NCBI GenBank assembly: GCA_003344405.1
Contig: NOWV01000020.1
Coordinates: 558,001-622,000, forward strand
Length of the DNA stretch: 64,000 nucleotides
Origin: Trichoplax sp. H2
Taxonomy: Eukaryota
Reading direction: 5' to 3'
Positions 49,176 through 64,000 of this stretch are shown piece after piece. Numbering within the stretch: position 1 is the stretch's first letter; every line of letters begins with the position of its first letter. The translations under genes and the position numbers were made by a program. The notes under the pieces are model-generated. The model was not told the DNA's origin and ran no database searches. It worked only from the letters and a program-made list of their open reading frames with translations.

Positions 49176-52100
49176 GTTTAACATTTCTATTGTGTCATGG
49201 AAATAGTCGCTGTATATCAACGATAGATTTTTTACATTTTCTTTTGAATGGATATACATACATATTGCTCCCTCTATGACCCATACTTTCGAACAAGAAA
49301 CTTTTCTAGGTTATGCTATAGATGTTATAAAACCTTAATGTTATAGAGTTTAATATATATGTTCGGATTAGCTAAGTCACAAGTGACACTTATTATGGGT
49401 GATAAAATTCTCAAGATTGTTCGGTTGTGGAATCTGCAGTCATATTATAACAGGCTCTATAATAACTATTTTAGCTATTTTAATTCATGTACAGACCAAG
49501 TTGGGCAATTCATAGTAAGTTAAATAGCATGTTTTCATGAAGGATAACATGTAATGTATTGCTATATATATACATAATCTGACTCTTGCTCTAAAGTATG
49601 TTATAGATTATAATCCCTTCAGTATAATATTGATATCAAGGTACAGCCATGAAGAAAATAATGTTTACAGTTTACTAATTTCCTGTGAAGATTAATACAC
49701 TTAGTAAATTCGGATTGTATCCATGCAAGTTTGCTTTATTTTTACATCACTAAGTCAAATTTACGTCTTGAAATCATCTTCCAGTACTTTTTTATCTGCC
49801 GTACAAAATAAAATTTTCCTTCTACCATAAACAATGTTTTAAATGATGTCTATCTTAGTGAAAGATCGCCCAAGGGATTGATCGAATTAGCCCTTGCAGC
49901 GATTTGGAAGTCATAACATTTCCTAATTTGGTCTAGCGTTTATCTTCTACGGTAGTCTATAGCCGTCCCTTATCATTTCCCAAGTCAATTAAAAGACTGA
50001 ATCAACAGACTGTCCTAGGATTACATTCATCACTGATATCATATAATTATATAACCAGTTTAAAATTATGCAGTAGATCGCAATAACACGATTTATTGAA
50101 ACTACTGTAAGTAATTATTAAAAATATTAGAGATATTTATGTTTGTCGATATCGGCTGGCCAGATTCTCGAATTGATTCAACAACAATTACTATTAAATG
50201 ATAAAAATGTACAGGAGGAGAATGAATGGAAGGTTTTTAGGGCAAGCTGTTTAAAAAAGATCTTTAAATGAAAGGACAAGAATTAATGGAAGATCTTTAG
50301 GGCAAGCTCATGAGCTAGATAGGAAGGGAAATTAAAAATTCTATCAATCTTTAATTTGAATAAGAGGAAATTCTTTTAATCGCTGCACTCTTTTTCGTAA
50401 GACTTAGCAAGAAAGTAAAAAGGAATGTTCCCATTTTGGAGGGTATAGAAATGATAAAACTAGTGGTAAAAGTGAGAAATTAATGTGATTGTATTAACCA
50501 GGAGAATCTAACATACTTGATAGTTATGCGATATTGTGCAGCAAACTACTGTTTTTTTTAATTTGAAATCTTCGTTCATACGGTCTATGTAAAATGTTTG
50601 CCTATATTTATTTAATATTTTCGTCATGTTTGATCGCTATCGCTAATTTAAATTAGCATTTCAATAATAATTATGAAACAGTTTCATCATGTTGAAGATG
50701 AAGTTATATGCTAAATTAATCTCTAATGTACTAAATAAATTGAAGCAGTGGGTTAATGTTCGGTATACCCGGATGACAGCATAACCTTTACAACAGATTT
50801 TATTTTATTTGCATAATGCCTTATAAATACAATATTTGCGCTAATTTGCACCTGCGCTGCCTAATATATAGGAAATGTTTCTCCAAAATAACGGGTATCT
50901 TGTGCTACAAATAGTAGAGTTCCAGTGGATTTTATTTTGAAATTTTAACCGTAAGTCTATCCAGTTGATAGTTTGGTATAATTTTAGTTTTATTGCATAG
51001 TTTTTAATAACTCATGGACGGGAGAATTTCTGTTTCTAATAGCGGGCATAAAATAATTAATCTTAAATTCACATTCAGTCGTCTTTGCAGGCGAGTAAAC
51101 CACTAGATGTGTTAAGCATCTCATTTAAAATTAAATTCTTTCACGATTAAGAAATGAATGTTTTGAATTCTGCTAATTTATGGTTGCCCCAGGTATACGT
51201 CATCAACGATTAGTAAAGCAATACTAATAGCCTTCTTGCTTCGAAGCCATTTTGATCTAATTGAATTTATGATGATTGTGAGAAAATGACTCATTAATTA
51301 GAATAGCTTTAGAGTCGTCTGTGATATGTATTCAATTACAATTTAAGATTCATAATCGTGATGAGAAAAACATCAAATGCCTATGAAGAGTGGAATTTAA
51401 AATTAGCTAGATGCTTAGTAATGTTTTGTTTGGTACTGATTGTCTCCAAGACAGTATTACATATTTGGTATAAAATAGATTTATTTTCTCAAAAGATTTA
51501 TCGATGAAATAACTAATAATAGCAGTTATCTTAAAAACTACTAATGAAAATTTTGAATGCATTCTTAAATTAATTATATCCAGTTTTATACGGATTATCA
51601 TCCTTAATAATTTAAATTACTGGGGCCTTTTAAATCAGAAAAATAATAATTATTAATGAGGTACAGAGTTGGAAAGAACTATGACAATTTTAAATGAATA
51701 TTTTAATTCAATAAACAATAAATTTCGGTAAGAACGAATCCATAATCATTAAAATCATTATGGTCTTTCAATTTAGTAAATAATCAAAAGATGAAATCAA
51801 AAACTAAGCTGGTTAATGATTAATGAAGAAATAATACCATATCTCACCGCTATAATCTATTTATATCCAACTTCTCTCCAACTTTGATCACTTTTGGATC
51901 ACGTATCCTATGTCATCATGAAGTTCTGGAGATCTTGGTGGATATTTTGGCGTAGAGAAACGGCAGTAGTTCCTTTCCAACAAGATTCCGGCATTCAGAT
52001 GGAGAAGGGTACCAAAAAAGAGAAAATCGTGAAATTTCTTATATCGACCAACTTCTCGCATTTGGAGTAATGGTCTGGTACGATGACACAGATTCGGATG

Positions 52101-55100
52101 GGATTCAAAGTTTATAATGATGATGGCTAACATAAAAATGATCGCTAAATTAAAGGTTTATGGGCCAGTCATTATTATATTAGGAGTATTATAGAATTAG
52201 ATATAGGTTGGCTATTCTTGTATTTATATTTTTATTAAGTAGAACCACGGATAGAATAGACCAAATATGGTTTAGCCAGTCCCTTATTAATTTTCTCTAT
52301 TAATCTAGTATTTTATAAATGATTTATTCTAGAAATAGATATTAGTCAGATAATGTTATACACTGATATATTTACAGATGGCTGAGATCAAGTTTTCTTA
52401 GATCACTATTTTAGATATTGAGAAATGTCCACGATGTTATTGAATTAGAAATTGACTGATACTATTGCTTCATCGTTAGCTGTGTCTATATGCTTCACAG
52501 AAATACATTTTACAGAGCCTGTTCTAATTGATTGATTGATGTTTAAGTTATAGAAGCTGTTATAAATTTAAACTTATTAAATGATTGTAACAAAATAAAT
52601 TTAGAATAGACTAAAGTATCTCGAGTGTTTACGGTGAATGGTGTTTGGTAGTTTATCGATTTCTTCAGCTCTTCGGCATACTCGATAGATGCGGATAGGA
52701 CTTTACCTTATAACTGATTTAATGATTTTGATCCAAGTTTTTCTTAAATTTTAAACATTCCTAATTCCATAATCTTTATCATACTGTAGATGTATCAAGA
52801 AATATTCTATACGTCATGTATCTTAGGAACTTGACTTCTTCACGTTCCTACCACGTTGTTATCAAGGCGTTCGTTTAATTTAAATGTTTTCATTCTTGAT
52901 CTTCATATAACCATTATGTCTGTTGGTAATTAGAAGCTAGTACGACTAGATATCAACATATTAGTTCTATGACATAAAATACTTAAAATTACATATGTAA
53001 ACTTGTTTCAGTAGGATTCTTCTTATTATAAATAAAATTATTTTATTCAAGTAAAAATCTCAGGTCTTTGTATTTGCAAATTAAGGCTTAGCTAATTTTA
53101 CGATTGCTGTTAGAAAAATAGTTGCTATCAAGTATAGCTTAAACAATGCTACTGAATTATAATCAGATTTGAAAGTCAACATTATTGGATTAAAATTAAG
53201 ATTTGGAGGTCAATCTTGAAGGCTCGAAAGCTATTTGTAGACGGCAAATTAAACAATTATCATATAATTGTTGAAATTATATCAATAGATATTTACTTCG
53301 TCCTTTATAGGTCCAAAAGACTCTTTCTATACGGAATAGCTATTAGACATTTTATCAATAATAAAACAATTATTTCCTTATTCAATTAAGCTTGTAGTGT
53401 ACGAAGATTGTTTATAACAATATTAGAACTGTGTCATTATTTTTATCCAATAATTAAAACAGATGTTAAATAACTGAGAATAGTAAATAACTTTGATAAA
53501 GAATTATCGACCTGACTACAAAGCACCACAACACTTTTCTCTACTTTTTATTGATCGTCTCAAAAGGGCTTAACTTATTCAATCATGTTAATGTACGTAA
53601 GATCTAGCCAATAACGGCTTAATTTTTCCATTCCATGGAATATATTTAATTTCTTATAGTATTAGGAATTTAATTATACGTAATATCTAATCATCAACGA
53701 TTTAATAATTTCTCAGGTCTTATGGAGTAAACTTATTGCTACATGATTCAAATATGGATGCAATTAAGATCTGTCAACCAGCGATTAAATAATTTCTGAT
53801 ATCATATGGAGTGAACTTTGTTCGAATTTGAAAATTGTTGTATTCATTAGATAAAGTTTCTGGGTCATTATTGAAAGCGAATCTATCTTCACCTTGCCAA
53901 CTTTGATAGAATTCGATTTAATTTGATAAATTTTGTCTTAATGGTAGTAAACTTTATGTAGCTGAGCCATAAAACTAGCTGATAATCGATTTAGTTTCGT
54001 AACTTAGTTTACTTCTTGAAAGATATTAGTATTGACCGATAACTAAGGCTTTAAATGTTTATGGCTGATTAGATAGTAGAGAAAGCATATCGAGTTGTAT
54101 ATCTAGATGTACACTCGTCGCTTTATCCTCTTGCCAGAATTCTGCTTGTAAATTATTTCTTTGTAATCGGATAGGATTATTTTAGACAAATACAGTGTTA
54201 GTATTTTGAATAAGAGCTGATTAAGCAGAGTACAATACGATCGGCGCCGTTACTATTTTAGGCTTTGCTATAAAAATTTACTTTCGGTATGCCATAAAAC
54301 AGCTTTGCAACACGATAACGGAATGTACGATCAATAAGTCAATTCCTTGAACTATGTATTAAGGAACGATATTTGTACTATCAGGAACACTTTTGCTCTA
54401 CTAGCAGACTACATAAATACTTACGCCTCGTATTTACCTTAAACACTAAATTTAAGAATTAACTTTATTTCAAGATATATTGCGTTTATATACTCTTCCT
54501 CAAAAATTCATGAATCATAGTTAGTGCGATTAACTTTGGAATCATTGACTGAATTAGACATTAATTTTAGCTACTGCTCCCTAATGCAGATAACAGTATT
54601 TACGAACATAGACATCTGATGACTAATACAGAATAGACCGATTACGATATATCCTATCACGGGACATTTCCACGATAATTTACAATCTACCATAAGTAAG
54701 TTACAATCACAATGATTCGAATTATTAAGTAGATAATTCGTATTCCCTAATATAACTATTAATTTCAGTATATGTAGTAAACGATATATATGTCACTGTC
54801 CAAAAAAGTCAGTGCTATATTAAAACGCAGTATATCCAAATTAGAAATTAACTAAATAAGGATAGGCTAACAAAATTGTCCTAACATAAATATTTCTACT
54901 TTAATATAGTATTTCACACTGTCACACGGTATTTCGATGACGTCAAATTCGGTAACTAGAGATGCGAATTTTGTTTCATAATATGCAATAAAGGACAATA
55001 GAATCACCATGGAATATTATTGATGATTCTATAAACAAAGATTGTTAATTTGACTTTTGATAAAGCTTCTGGAGGCAATAAGAGGTCTTAATGTACGTGA

Positions 55101-56937
55101 GATATAGAATATGACCCTATTTCTACAAAAGATTCATTCTTTTAAACTTAAAACTATTACTGAAGCTGTCATTATGTCAACTAAAGTGTTCTAATCAGCC
55201 GTAACCAGAAACTTGGCCAGTTCAAGGTTTGGAATAATAATGATTTATTTTATAAAAATCCAGCTAAATATAAAATTTGATACATTTTTCTAGCTATGGA
55301 ATAAAATATTACTGATCGCTTTAATGAATGCCTCTTTTTGATTTGCTGTTAATTTCAGAATCAATCAGTAGTAGACCTTCATTATAATCCGAATTTTACT
55401 AACTGATTTATATATGCTTGGATTATATATTTATTATAAGTAGATGATGGTTGGAATTACTCTAGCACTTGATTTCATAGCGATGATAAAAATTAAAATT
55501 TCAAAGTTTGCTATTTGATCAAAGCATCTGTCCCGCATTAAAAGGAAATCGCATTACGGCACTATTCTATCAGTTCACGTACCTTCAGCCATTTCATACA
55601 GTAAAATTTGATGTTGTAATGATTGATCGCTACCGTAACAATTAGTGTTAGCTGATATTAAAGGCTTAGAATCATCTTTAAAAGTTAGTTGTTAAATTTG
55701 GTTATGACAGACGTATTGCTACTGAAAGAGCAGTGTTTTTTAATTTTTCTACTCTTGTTAAAAACGATATTTTATAGTGTAAATTTGTCACTGGAAAAAG
55801 CATCATACGCGTATATTTAAAATCAAATCTTTAAAAAAGGATTAACCTTAAAACATTGCTTAATTACAGTCATTATATGAATAAATCATAGACAAAAAAA
55901 TGAATCACGGTCAATTAAAAGTGAATTTAGGTGCGATAAACAGGCTATTAGCCACCTCTTGCCGTTTTATCTAATTAAGCAGATAATCGACTGTTGATAA
56001 GGGTTACATAATTGCTGTTACTTAGAATCCATAAGTTCATGGAATGGCCATTAAACTACAGTAAAGCATTCTTCTTGACAGAAGTTAAATATGCTACTTT
56101 GAAATTAACATCAATTAGCGACATGACAGCACGATCATTTATCCAACTTCCGCATCATTGTTTTCGTCTACTCGCTTACAGATTATTGACATTAGTAAAC
56201 AGTACATTCACTATCCTTGAACAATATGTCAAAATGCCTACAATAAACCAACAGAAAGAACTTACGTAATAAGGAATGATGAATAGGCCAAGACTGTACT
56301 TTCGTACTGCGGACAAAGTTGTATTATTACTTTGGTCTAAGAGATCATCAGAATTTGACTGGGTAAACTTATTCCATGCATTAACTCGGCCTTATACTGA
56401 AATAAGCATGTGAACAGATATTCCTGTTTCTGCGACATGATATTTAATTATACTTGTATTAGCTCTCAAAATGTCATCTACAACAATTTCTAAAATATTT
56501 ATTACACAAATGATTCGCGATTGATCGTATTTAGTTGATAGTTAAATGGGAGATTTTCTAATCAACATATGATATAAACAGGTTTGTTCTAGTACTGTAG
56601 TGCACACTATTATATTATATGAAGATGTTTCGTAAACTGATTCGTGATTGAGTATAGAAGTCGTTAAGAAACACAATTACTTTAAAGTCTTGTTTTCCTG
56701 CTAGTTTTATATTTTTACTGATATAAGATGCTCGTTTTCTGCATTTATCGTCAGGTCGTCTAAGTGATGAATAAAGGCTTCGATGTAGTGCTCTGGTTCT
56801 CAATCTGGTTTACTTAATCGTGATGGTCAACCATTGGATTTGCAACTCTAGAGAACTGTACGAGCCCATTGACTGTTATTTTCCACCTTTAGGTTTACTT
56901 ACATTAATTGAAAGCGTGAACAGTCTGCGTCTGAATT

Positions 56938-57987
56938 ATGACCTCAAATAACGTCAATTCTTTAACGAGCGGCTGGTTGTTGCCAACTTTTATGCCCTCA
57001 AATAGTTCTTTTGATGATGAAGATCTTCCAACGAATGCAACCAGTAATAATGACTTTATTACCACATCGATCATCTGGGGATTTATTGGAGCTATTACTG
57101 TCATGCTAAATTTCGTTGTTTTGGCTATAATTATAGCTAGAAAAAGGTTACATAATACGACCAATGTTATTTTAGGCAGTATGTTCTTTAGCGATATTTT
57201 ATTTGCAGCAGTCTATATATTTCCTCGCTGGGTCAATCCGTTCTACTACCGCGATTGGCTATACTGCTCACTTGTGGCGGTTTTTGCTCCATTAGCTAGT
57301 GCAATCATTAACATGCATCTAATGGCAGCAAGTATAGACAAATTTATTGCCACTCAATTTGCTATACGCTATAAAGTATCTGCCAGGCCTTTGCATGCTT
57401 ACCTTGCTGTTGCTTGTATATGGATTCTAACGTTACTAATGGCATTTATGCCACTAATAGCATATCGACCAATTTACCAGGGCTTATGTTATCCATGGCA
57501 TAATGCACAGCAATATAAAGAAACGATCTTTAATATGATTTTCCTCGCTCTCTTTTTCATCTTGCCCTTACTGGTGATGATTGGCTGTTACACGCGGATA
57601 TATTTTATTGCTAGTAAATCATTGTACTTTAATTCTCCCATAAATAATGATGCACGTTCGATGAGAAAGCACTACAAGCTGGCTCGTGTTCTAGGCATTC
57701 TGGTGTTGACTTATTTCATCATGTGGACACCATTTACCTCCATTTATATTATTTCCTTATTTTATTCACCGTTTGAGATTGCTACTTCCCTTCAAGGCTA
57801 TAGAGAGGCTTTAGCTGTGGCACAATATATTGCCTTTACTTATCCGGCAATTAATCCTTTGCTGTATGGATATTTTATCCCTGAAATACGAAATCCGGTC
57901 ATGCGAGTGTTATGCCGTTCATCGCGCGTCTCGCCATTATCATGTACGCCTATCGTCAATAATGCAAGAGTTAAAATATCTTCCTGA
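56938..57987 (+). CDS. Single-exon class A GPCR (paralog 3 of 3)
   Basis: 349-aa ORF with 7 hydrophobic segments, YCSL, SIDKF, MWTPF and NPLLY. An acceptor ccacctttag at about 56891 suggests a 5' UTR intron. Confidence 0.94.
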   Translation: MTSNNVNSLTSGWLLPTFMPSNSSFDDEDLPTNATSNNDFITTSIIWGFIGAITVMLNFVVLAIIIARKRLHNTTNVILGSMFFSDILFAAVYIFPRWVNPFYYRDWLYCSLVAVFAPLASAIINMHLMAASIDKFIATQFAIRYKVSARPLHAYLAVACIWILTLLMAFMPLIAYRPIYQGLCYPWHNAQQYKETIFNMIFLALFFILPLLVMIGCYTRIYFIASKSLYFNSPINNDARSMRKHYKLARVLGILVLTYFIMWTPFTSIYIISLFYSPFEIATSLQGYREALAVAQYIAFTYPAINPLLYGYFIPEIRNPVMRVLCRSSRVSPLSCTPIVNNARVKISS

Positions 57988-60900
57988 TCAAAATCTTTCT
58001 ACTGGCTACCGTGTTGGGGAGATTGAAAATATTCTTTTTAAAATTAGGGTTGGACAGACGTTAACTGTGGTACCAGTAGTTATTCTAGATATTGATGTGG
58101 AGATAATACTACCGATGGACAGATAGGAAAGTATTTATAATTGTCTCGAATTGGCTTGTACTGCTGAGATTATTCCAAGCGTAAAGGCTTTCACGAACTC
58201 TTCGATTTTTTATTAATCTAAAAATTCGCCGGAATCATTCGCGGAGCTATCAGTTATCTTATGATTATAGATATTGTATTTAAGTTTCGATTTTTATTTC
58301 CTGTACAAGAAAAAATATTGGCCCTAAACTAGGATGGGCATCAAATAATATATACGGTATCGCTAGTCTCAAGCTATGATAGAATGTGATAATTTTTTTA
58401 TGGACCTGTCAGTTGCTAAAAAAATTGCCTAGAATTAGATTAAACATGAAAAATAATTACTTATTGTATCGCCTATGGCAATTTCTGATCGTGAAATCAT
58501 TTAGCAACAGAGACTATGTAAAACCATTATATGGTTCTTTAATAAAATACTATTTTTATCTCTGCTCTGAAACGGTCACTTAATAACTTGTCTCCCAAAT
58601 GTAGCGAATGAAATAGCTTATTACCTAAAACTGTTGTTGAACATTACGATAGCAAACTTGGACCAAGTAACCTATAGACAGTTAGATTTCAGGCTGAAAT
58701 CTCCTAAAAATGTAAAACTTTCATATCGCTCTTTACATGTTGACAAACATGAACTAATCAGACACTGGTTACTGAGATATGCCGATGCCGCCTACCGGGG
58801 TGTCTTGCGTTCTCAGTTAAGGGGATAAACTATCGTATCTAAATTATTGTATTGTCCACTAACAGCGCTCAACTACCTAATGCATAAGTATAACCCTTGA
58901 TATTGCCAGTTAATTCAAGTCTAGCGCCGTCATCTTACTTGCAGTTATCGGGATTCGCTTCGGAACCTATTTTTTATAGGTTCACATTATAATAATTTAA
59001 GTCGATATTAGTTTTGTTATTATTTATAGGTTAGTTTTTTATCCAATACTATTGGCGTTTATAATTAATTTAAGGCATTAATAAGTCTTTATTTAGTAGT
59101 GTGATTTATCGAGATGATTCACTGTGCAGTAAAAATTATTTATTTCCTAATATTAAGATAAATGTATATAACTTGGATCCGTAAAACGAGAATATTCTTT
59201 TTGACAAGCTCCGTTTCTAAGCTTCAATCAACGAATTAAAATGTACTGTTTGCCCACTTTCTCAATTTGCCTCAATATGCAAAAATACTAATTGTTTTTC
59301 TAAAAGCTGACAACATTAGAGATTATTTTAATAAGAGAATTAGGCAGTCTCTAAAAATATCTATAGGTATTGAATTTGCTAAAGGATGTCTTTTCGTAAA
59401 AATTTGTATTGGGAGTAAATTTGTAAAAGTTTTTTAAATAATGATGAATTAAAGAGACGGCAACAGAAGGCATCTATAATTAGGTTATTACTCATAAATA
59501 AAATGGACTTCGTTAAATCAAAATTTTGCATTTAATTTTGTTAATTAGTTTGCTATATTTAATCTAATAGATAAGTTTTAATGTGAAGATACCATCAGTT
59601 TTTTAAGAAATTCTTATTTTTAATAAATTTTAAGGATTCATATTCAATTCGCCATTTACGAAGTTCTGATTTCTTAAACAACATTGGCATGATTCGAACC
59701 ATAGAAGCACATTTTATTTTAATTTTTTGCTTACGTGGAGTTGGCGAATAGTAGATAAAGAGATAGACGGAAGTCATAATATAATTTGGACTTTGTATTT
59801 GCAAATATCGATAGATAAATAGCAATTATGATGCCCGATGAAAATATTTGAGTACACGCTATACCGCTTTAATAAAACCAAATCTAAACTATACCTTTTA
59901 ATTGTAAAGGTAATATATTAATTGAAGGACATAATAAAACTTTTAAATTTAAAATCTTTAGTGTTGATAAAAATATAATTAATAAATCACCAGAATAAGA
60001 ACATGATAGTAATGAATAACATATTGTTTTGCCTACGCATTTATTTCATAATCTATCGATATTTATTGTGCAATATAAAGCTTGGTTACGGAAGACTAAT
60101 TTTTCTTTTCTTGATCAATTAGAAATATTTCCTTTCATAAGGTAATCATGAAAATGAAATGTTAAAAATTTGACAAATTCTATTAGTTAGTAAATGCAGC
60201 TATGTATAAAGTAACTTTAATTTACGTTCATTCTTTCTTGACTTAAAAATCATGAAGTTAAGAATTTCAGTTTAATTTTAATTTACAATTTTGGAAATGG
60301 CACTATCCTGCAATACATTTTAGCCTGAGAAAGTTATTTACTCTGATAGACTACCCAAGTTTTTTGCAGTTATGCAAATGCTATCGAGCAGTAATCGTGA
60401 TTTAGCCAGATAATTTAACTTTGTGCATGTTGGTAATAAGCACACTTATACGTACCAACAGAGCATCACCTATACTTATGGAAAATGCAGTATTATGAAA
60501 ACATTCTTCGTGTAAATTTAATCAACGTAAATGAAGCATAGCAGCTACAAATGAGTTGGCATTTCATTTGAGCTTAAAATTTCAGCTTATGAGAGGTGCA
60601 TATTGACGATTACCTCTTGGTGGTAAATTGGTTATAAACTCATCGTATTTTCTCTTTACAGACTTCGATTTATGATATTAGAAATATCAGATATTGATTC
60701 AGATAATTTCTATAGCTGAGCTGCATTAGGTTATATTTGATAATTTAATTTCAATTACCAATTATGGTTATGGAGCACCAATTATGTTGGACTTTACTTA
60801 ACCAAAGAATACGATTTGTTTGCAGAAAAACTGAGAAGTAAACAAAAAACCTTCGATAGTAGAAGTCTTAATCTCATAATATTTCAATGTATATTGATAA

Positions 60901-63900
60901 TCATTATTAGAATATAGCTTGATGATATTGCCACTAAAAATCACCGATAATGACGAAATTACAAATAGATTAAGATGGAGATATAGCTAATGATTTCATA
61001 GCTTGCTGATTGTAAATTTATTTTAGGGTAGACGGAAAATTAGAATTAGATCTATGTTAAAGGGTTCTGATCAATTACTACACTAGTTATTTATATAGCT
61101 TTCCAATTAATATATTATAAAAATCACGTAATTTAATTTAATGTTCTTGTAGTCATTGTGATACCAATATGATATCCTTAGAAGTATCTTTAAACATGAA
61201 CTAAATTTGAGTAGAATTTAAAATTCAATATTATCAATAATATAGTTGTAGTTCGTTTCTGATAATTTTAAGATGAAATGAATGACTTATAATTGTTTGA
61301 ATCTGACGGCTGAAAGTAATTAATTAATTTGCATTCAAATGCAATGATTTGGTTTGTTTATTATTTGAAATTCTTAAATTAATAAGTTACTTCCCATACT
61401 ATATGGTCAATGTTAGCAGCGAGCGTAATTAAACTAATGATTGCTCCTGTTAAAGGCTATGATTTTATTATTATTTTAAATTTATTTCTTTCACCAAAAC
61501 TAGAATTGTCAGCAGGATTTTTGAAGGCGAAATCCTAATAGTTAGAAATAGTTGATGGTTTTATAGTGTTATTAAATCATATCATGGTATCATCTTTCAC
61601 CCTTAGCGTGAAGAAATACTCATGCTATTACGACCTATCATCTATTATTATAACACTTTTCAGTTGGCTTTGCTTCGTATTAGATAAAAAGTAAATAATT
61701 ACTTCGTTAAGAAATAACTAGCTTTTATGGAATTTACAGATACTAGCAATCATTTATCTGTTTGGTTTAAAAGGAAATGAAATTACTTTTTCATGGTACA
61801 TGCATGTGATCTTAATAACTGTTCTACAGTGTTTAAATTATAACTATTACTGAAATCTTCCTAGTAGATAGGTATACTAGCATAAGACGATGATAGTAAA
61901 CGTATTCCTACCTATGTCCTGCTATCGTATAGAAATGGTAAGTATTTAAAGCTACCTAAAAAAACTAATTTAGCATGCATTTCGGTTCATTTTACTGGCG
62001 TAAGACGACATGTTTAATACCGATATAGTAAGTAAATAAAATCTATTTTCCCTTAATAATGAGGAAACAGATTTCTGATAAAATCGATTTACTTATATTG
62101 AATTGCTTTAGTCTTAATTAGAAAATTTTATTCTATAGAATCTACAATAATCGGATTATTTTACTAAGAATGACTTTTTGAGTTCATTGTTGTAGCTATT
62201 TTAGTGGCTAATTGTAGGAGATATTTATTTTAGGTTCGCTTTCCACTGCTTTACATGATTATGATTCATAAGTTATTTGAGTAAAGGATTTTCTTTCTCT
62301 TTAGTATCAATACACGTTACAAAGATAGAACTAGAATTAGCTAAAAGGCATCCATTTCCAGTGAAAATAATTATAAAATATGAAAGAATCAAATTGCCTT
62401 ACTGAAGTTGGGATATCCCTTCATTATTTTAATTCTTTTTCTTTTTAATAATTGGAGATCATTTATTTTAGCCTATCATTTAACAAATATATATATGACG
62501 TTGAAGATAGCGATTCATAATATGATCGATGAGTATGCTTCTTTATTTCTTAAAATAAAAAGCGGGCATTTGTTATAAGCCATAACTATATAATAGCTTA
62601 AAAATGCTTCGACTTGCAATAAAAGCATTGAAACAGAAAAAGAATTAAATTTCCTTACTAAGAATGGCTTTATTAGCTCATTCTTATAGGTTTTTTCTTC
62701 TATTGATTATGTTTGAGAAGTTGTTTACGCAAGGCTAACATCCATTAATTTTCCATTATGGCGATAGTTCATGGCCTACGGTACGGTATATGCTAACTTA
62801 ATCGATTAAAGCGTTTTATCTGCGATTGTAAATAACTTTTATACTATTTTATGATATCATGGTGATCTGCTGTTGTTTGTAAAATTAGTAAAATGTAAAT
62901 AAAACTTGGTTTTAATAGACTACCATGTATTAACTATTGTATTTCATCGCTACCTTGTAGAATGTATTTCTGTACTTTTCAGTAAGTAGTTCTTTACTTC
63001 TTGTTGAGGTGCTTAGTGAATATTAGTCAATCTTATCTTGGTTGTGCTGCCCATTTTAAGTATTACCGTATGCTAAATATTAGATTTTAGTGTTAATTCG
63101 ATCTATTCATAGCTCATTTAACATTCTTGCCTCTATTTATCTATTCAACGGTAAAGGTATTTTATTGTTAGTGACCATGACTTTCTTGTTAATTTTTATT
63201 AAAATTTACGCCTATTCTTTTTTTACTATTTATAACATGAAGAGTAAGATGATTTTTGATCATGACGATAACGATCTTATTATCTTTAAGGTCAATTGAT
63301 TTATTTTTCGTTATCTTTACCTTTTTAATCAATAGATAAAATCGAATACAGAAGGATAGTTGTCAGTCTACACTATTTCCATTGGAAATTGATAGATTGG
63401 GCGGATAGTATCGACTATACTAATTCTGTTACTTCCTCGATAGACGTTTGCATGGCGACGGCATAAAAAACAATTCATATTTTAATCATTTGTTCAGCAA
63501 TAGATCAAGAACTGAATTAACTACGACATCAAAGGATTAAATCCGATCTGTTTATTGTTATGCATTCAATGGTGACCGGGGTGGATTGATTGTTAAAATA
63601 ATTAAATGATTTATCAAGCTTTTGTGTCTTGTATTTTATCAAGCTATGGGCGACCCTGGGATTTATTCTATACCCTCATGTTAGCCACTTACTATTTAGG
63701 GTACAATTTTTGACTCTATTTCAAAGTTAAAGGTTAACTCTTTCATAGCAATTGAAACTTACAAGATCTCATTGGTGTAAATGGAAAATTAAAATTCAAT
63801 ACGATTTTAGAGCGAATACGAATTCTAATAATCTAGTCTTACTGGCTACATCTTTTTCAGGTATTTTCTACTGCGGAATGAGCCATCTTATAAGTTGTCA

Positions 63901-64000
63901 AGTGGTAAGAAATAAATATATTTATCATCTGGTAGCTCTGTAGATTTATTTCCGTTGAATTGTTTATGTTGATATTCGGCAACGAAACTTTTTACTTTAA

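Noticed and set aside
50220..50310. Two copies of aatggaag..tttagggcaagct with a 60-bp period
   Set aside because: A small local duplication with no sign of function.
43027..57987. Opsin identity for the three GPCR paralogs
   Set aside because: No TM7 retinal-binding lysine (AFTYPAINP) and no other opsin signatures that I can recognise.
58000..64000. Short 60-98 aa ORFs in the AT-rich spacers, and antisense ORFs within genes
   Set aside because: No recognisable domains or consistent exon chains; expected by chance or as shadows of real coding exons.

Overview
AT-rich eukaryotic genomic DNA with many short GT-AG introns. Gene content and style fit an early-branching animal, most likely a placozoan such as Trichoplax; this is an inference and was not verified. 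Housekeeping genes, reconstructed by hand from exons: RFWD3 (-, runs off the left edge), DNMT2/TRDMT1 (+), PAXIP1/PTIP (-), SF3A2 (-) and EXOSC4/RRP41 (+). Receptor genes: a 3-exon prostanoid-receptor-like GPCR, a Frizzled/Smoothened-class 7TM that appears to lack a CRD, and three paralogous single-exon class A GPCRs in long AT-rich spacers. Each housekeeping gene has a tract of palindromic TACAG/CTGTA (GTAC) units upstream of its start, dense for most and sparse for EXOSC4. Several tracts carry a shared GGAC(G/A)GACA motif, which at SF3A2 forms a degenerate inverted pair. PAXIP1 has two candidate minor-spliceosome (U12) introns, one AT-initiated with a non-canonical 3' end. The SF3A2 5' region occurs twice across a 20-N gap, probably two haplotypes. 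Several local tandem repeats are present. No CRISPR array, rRNA, convincing tRNA or transposase ORF was found.
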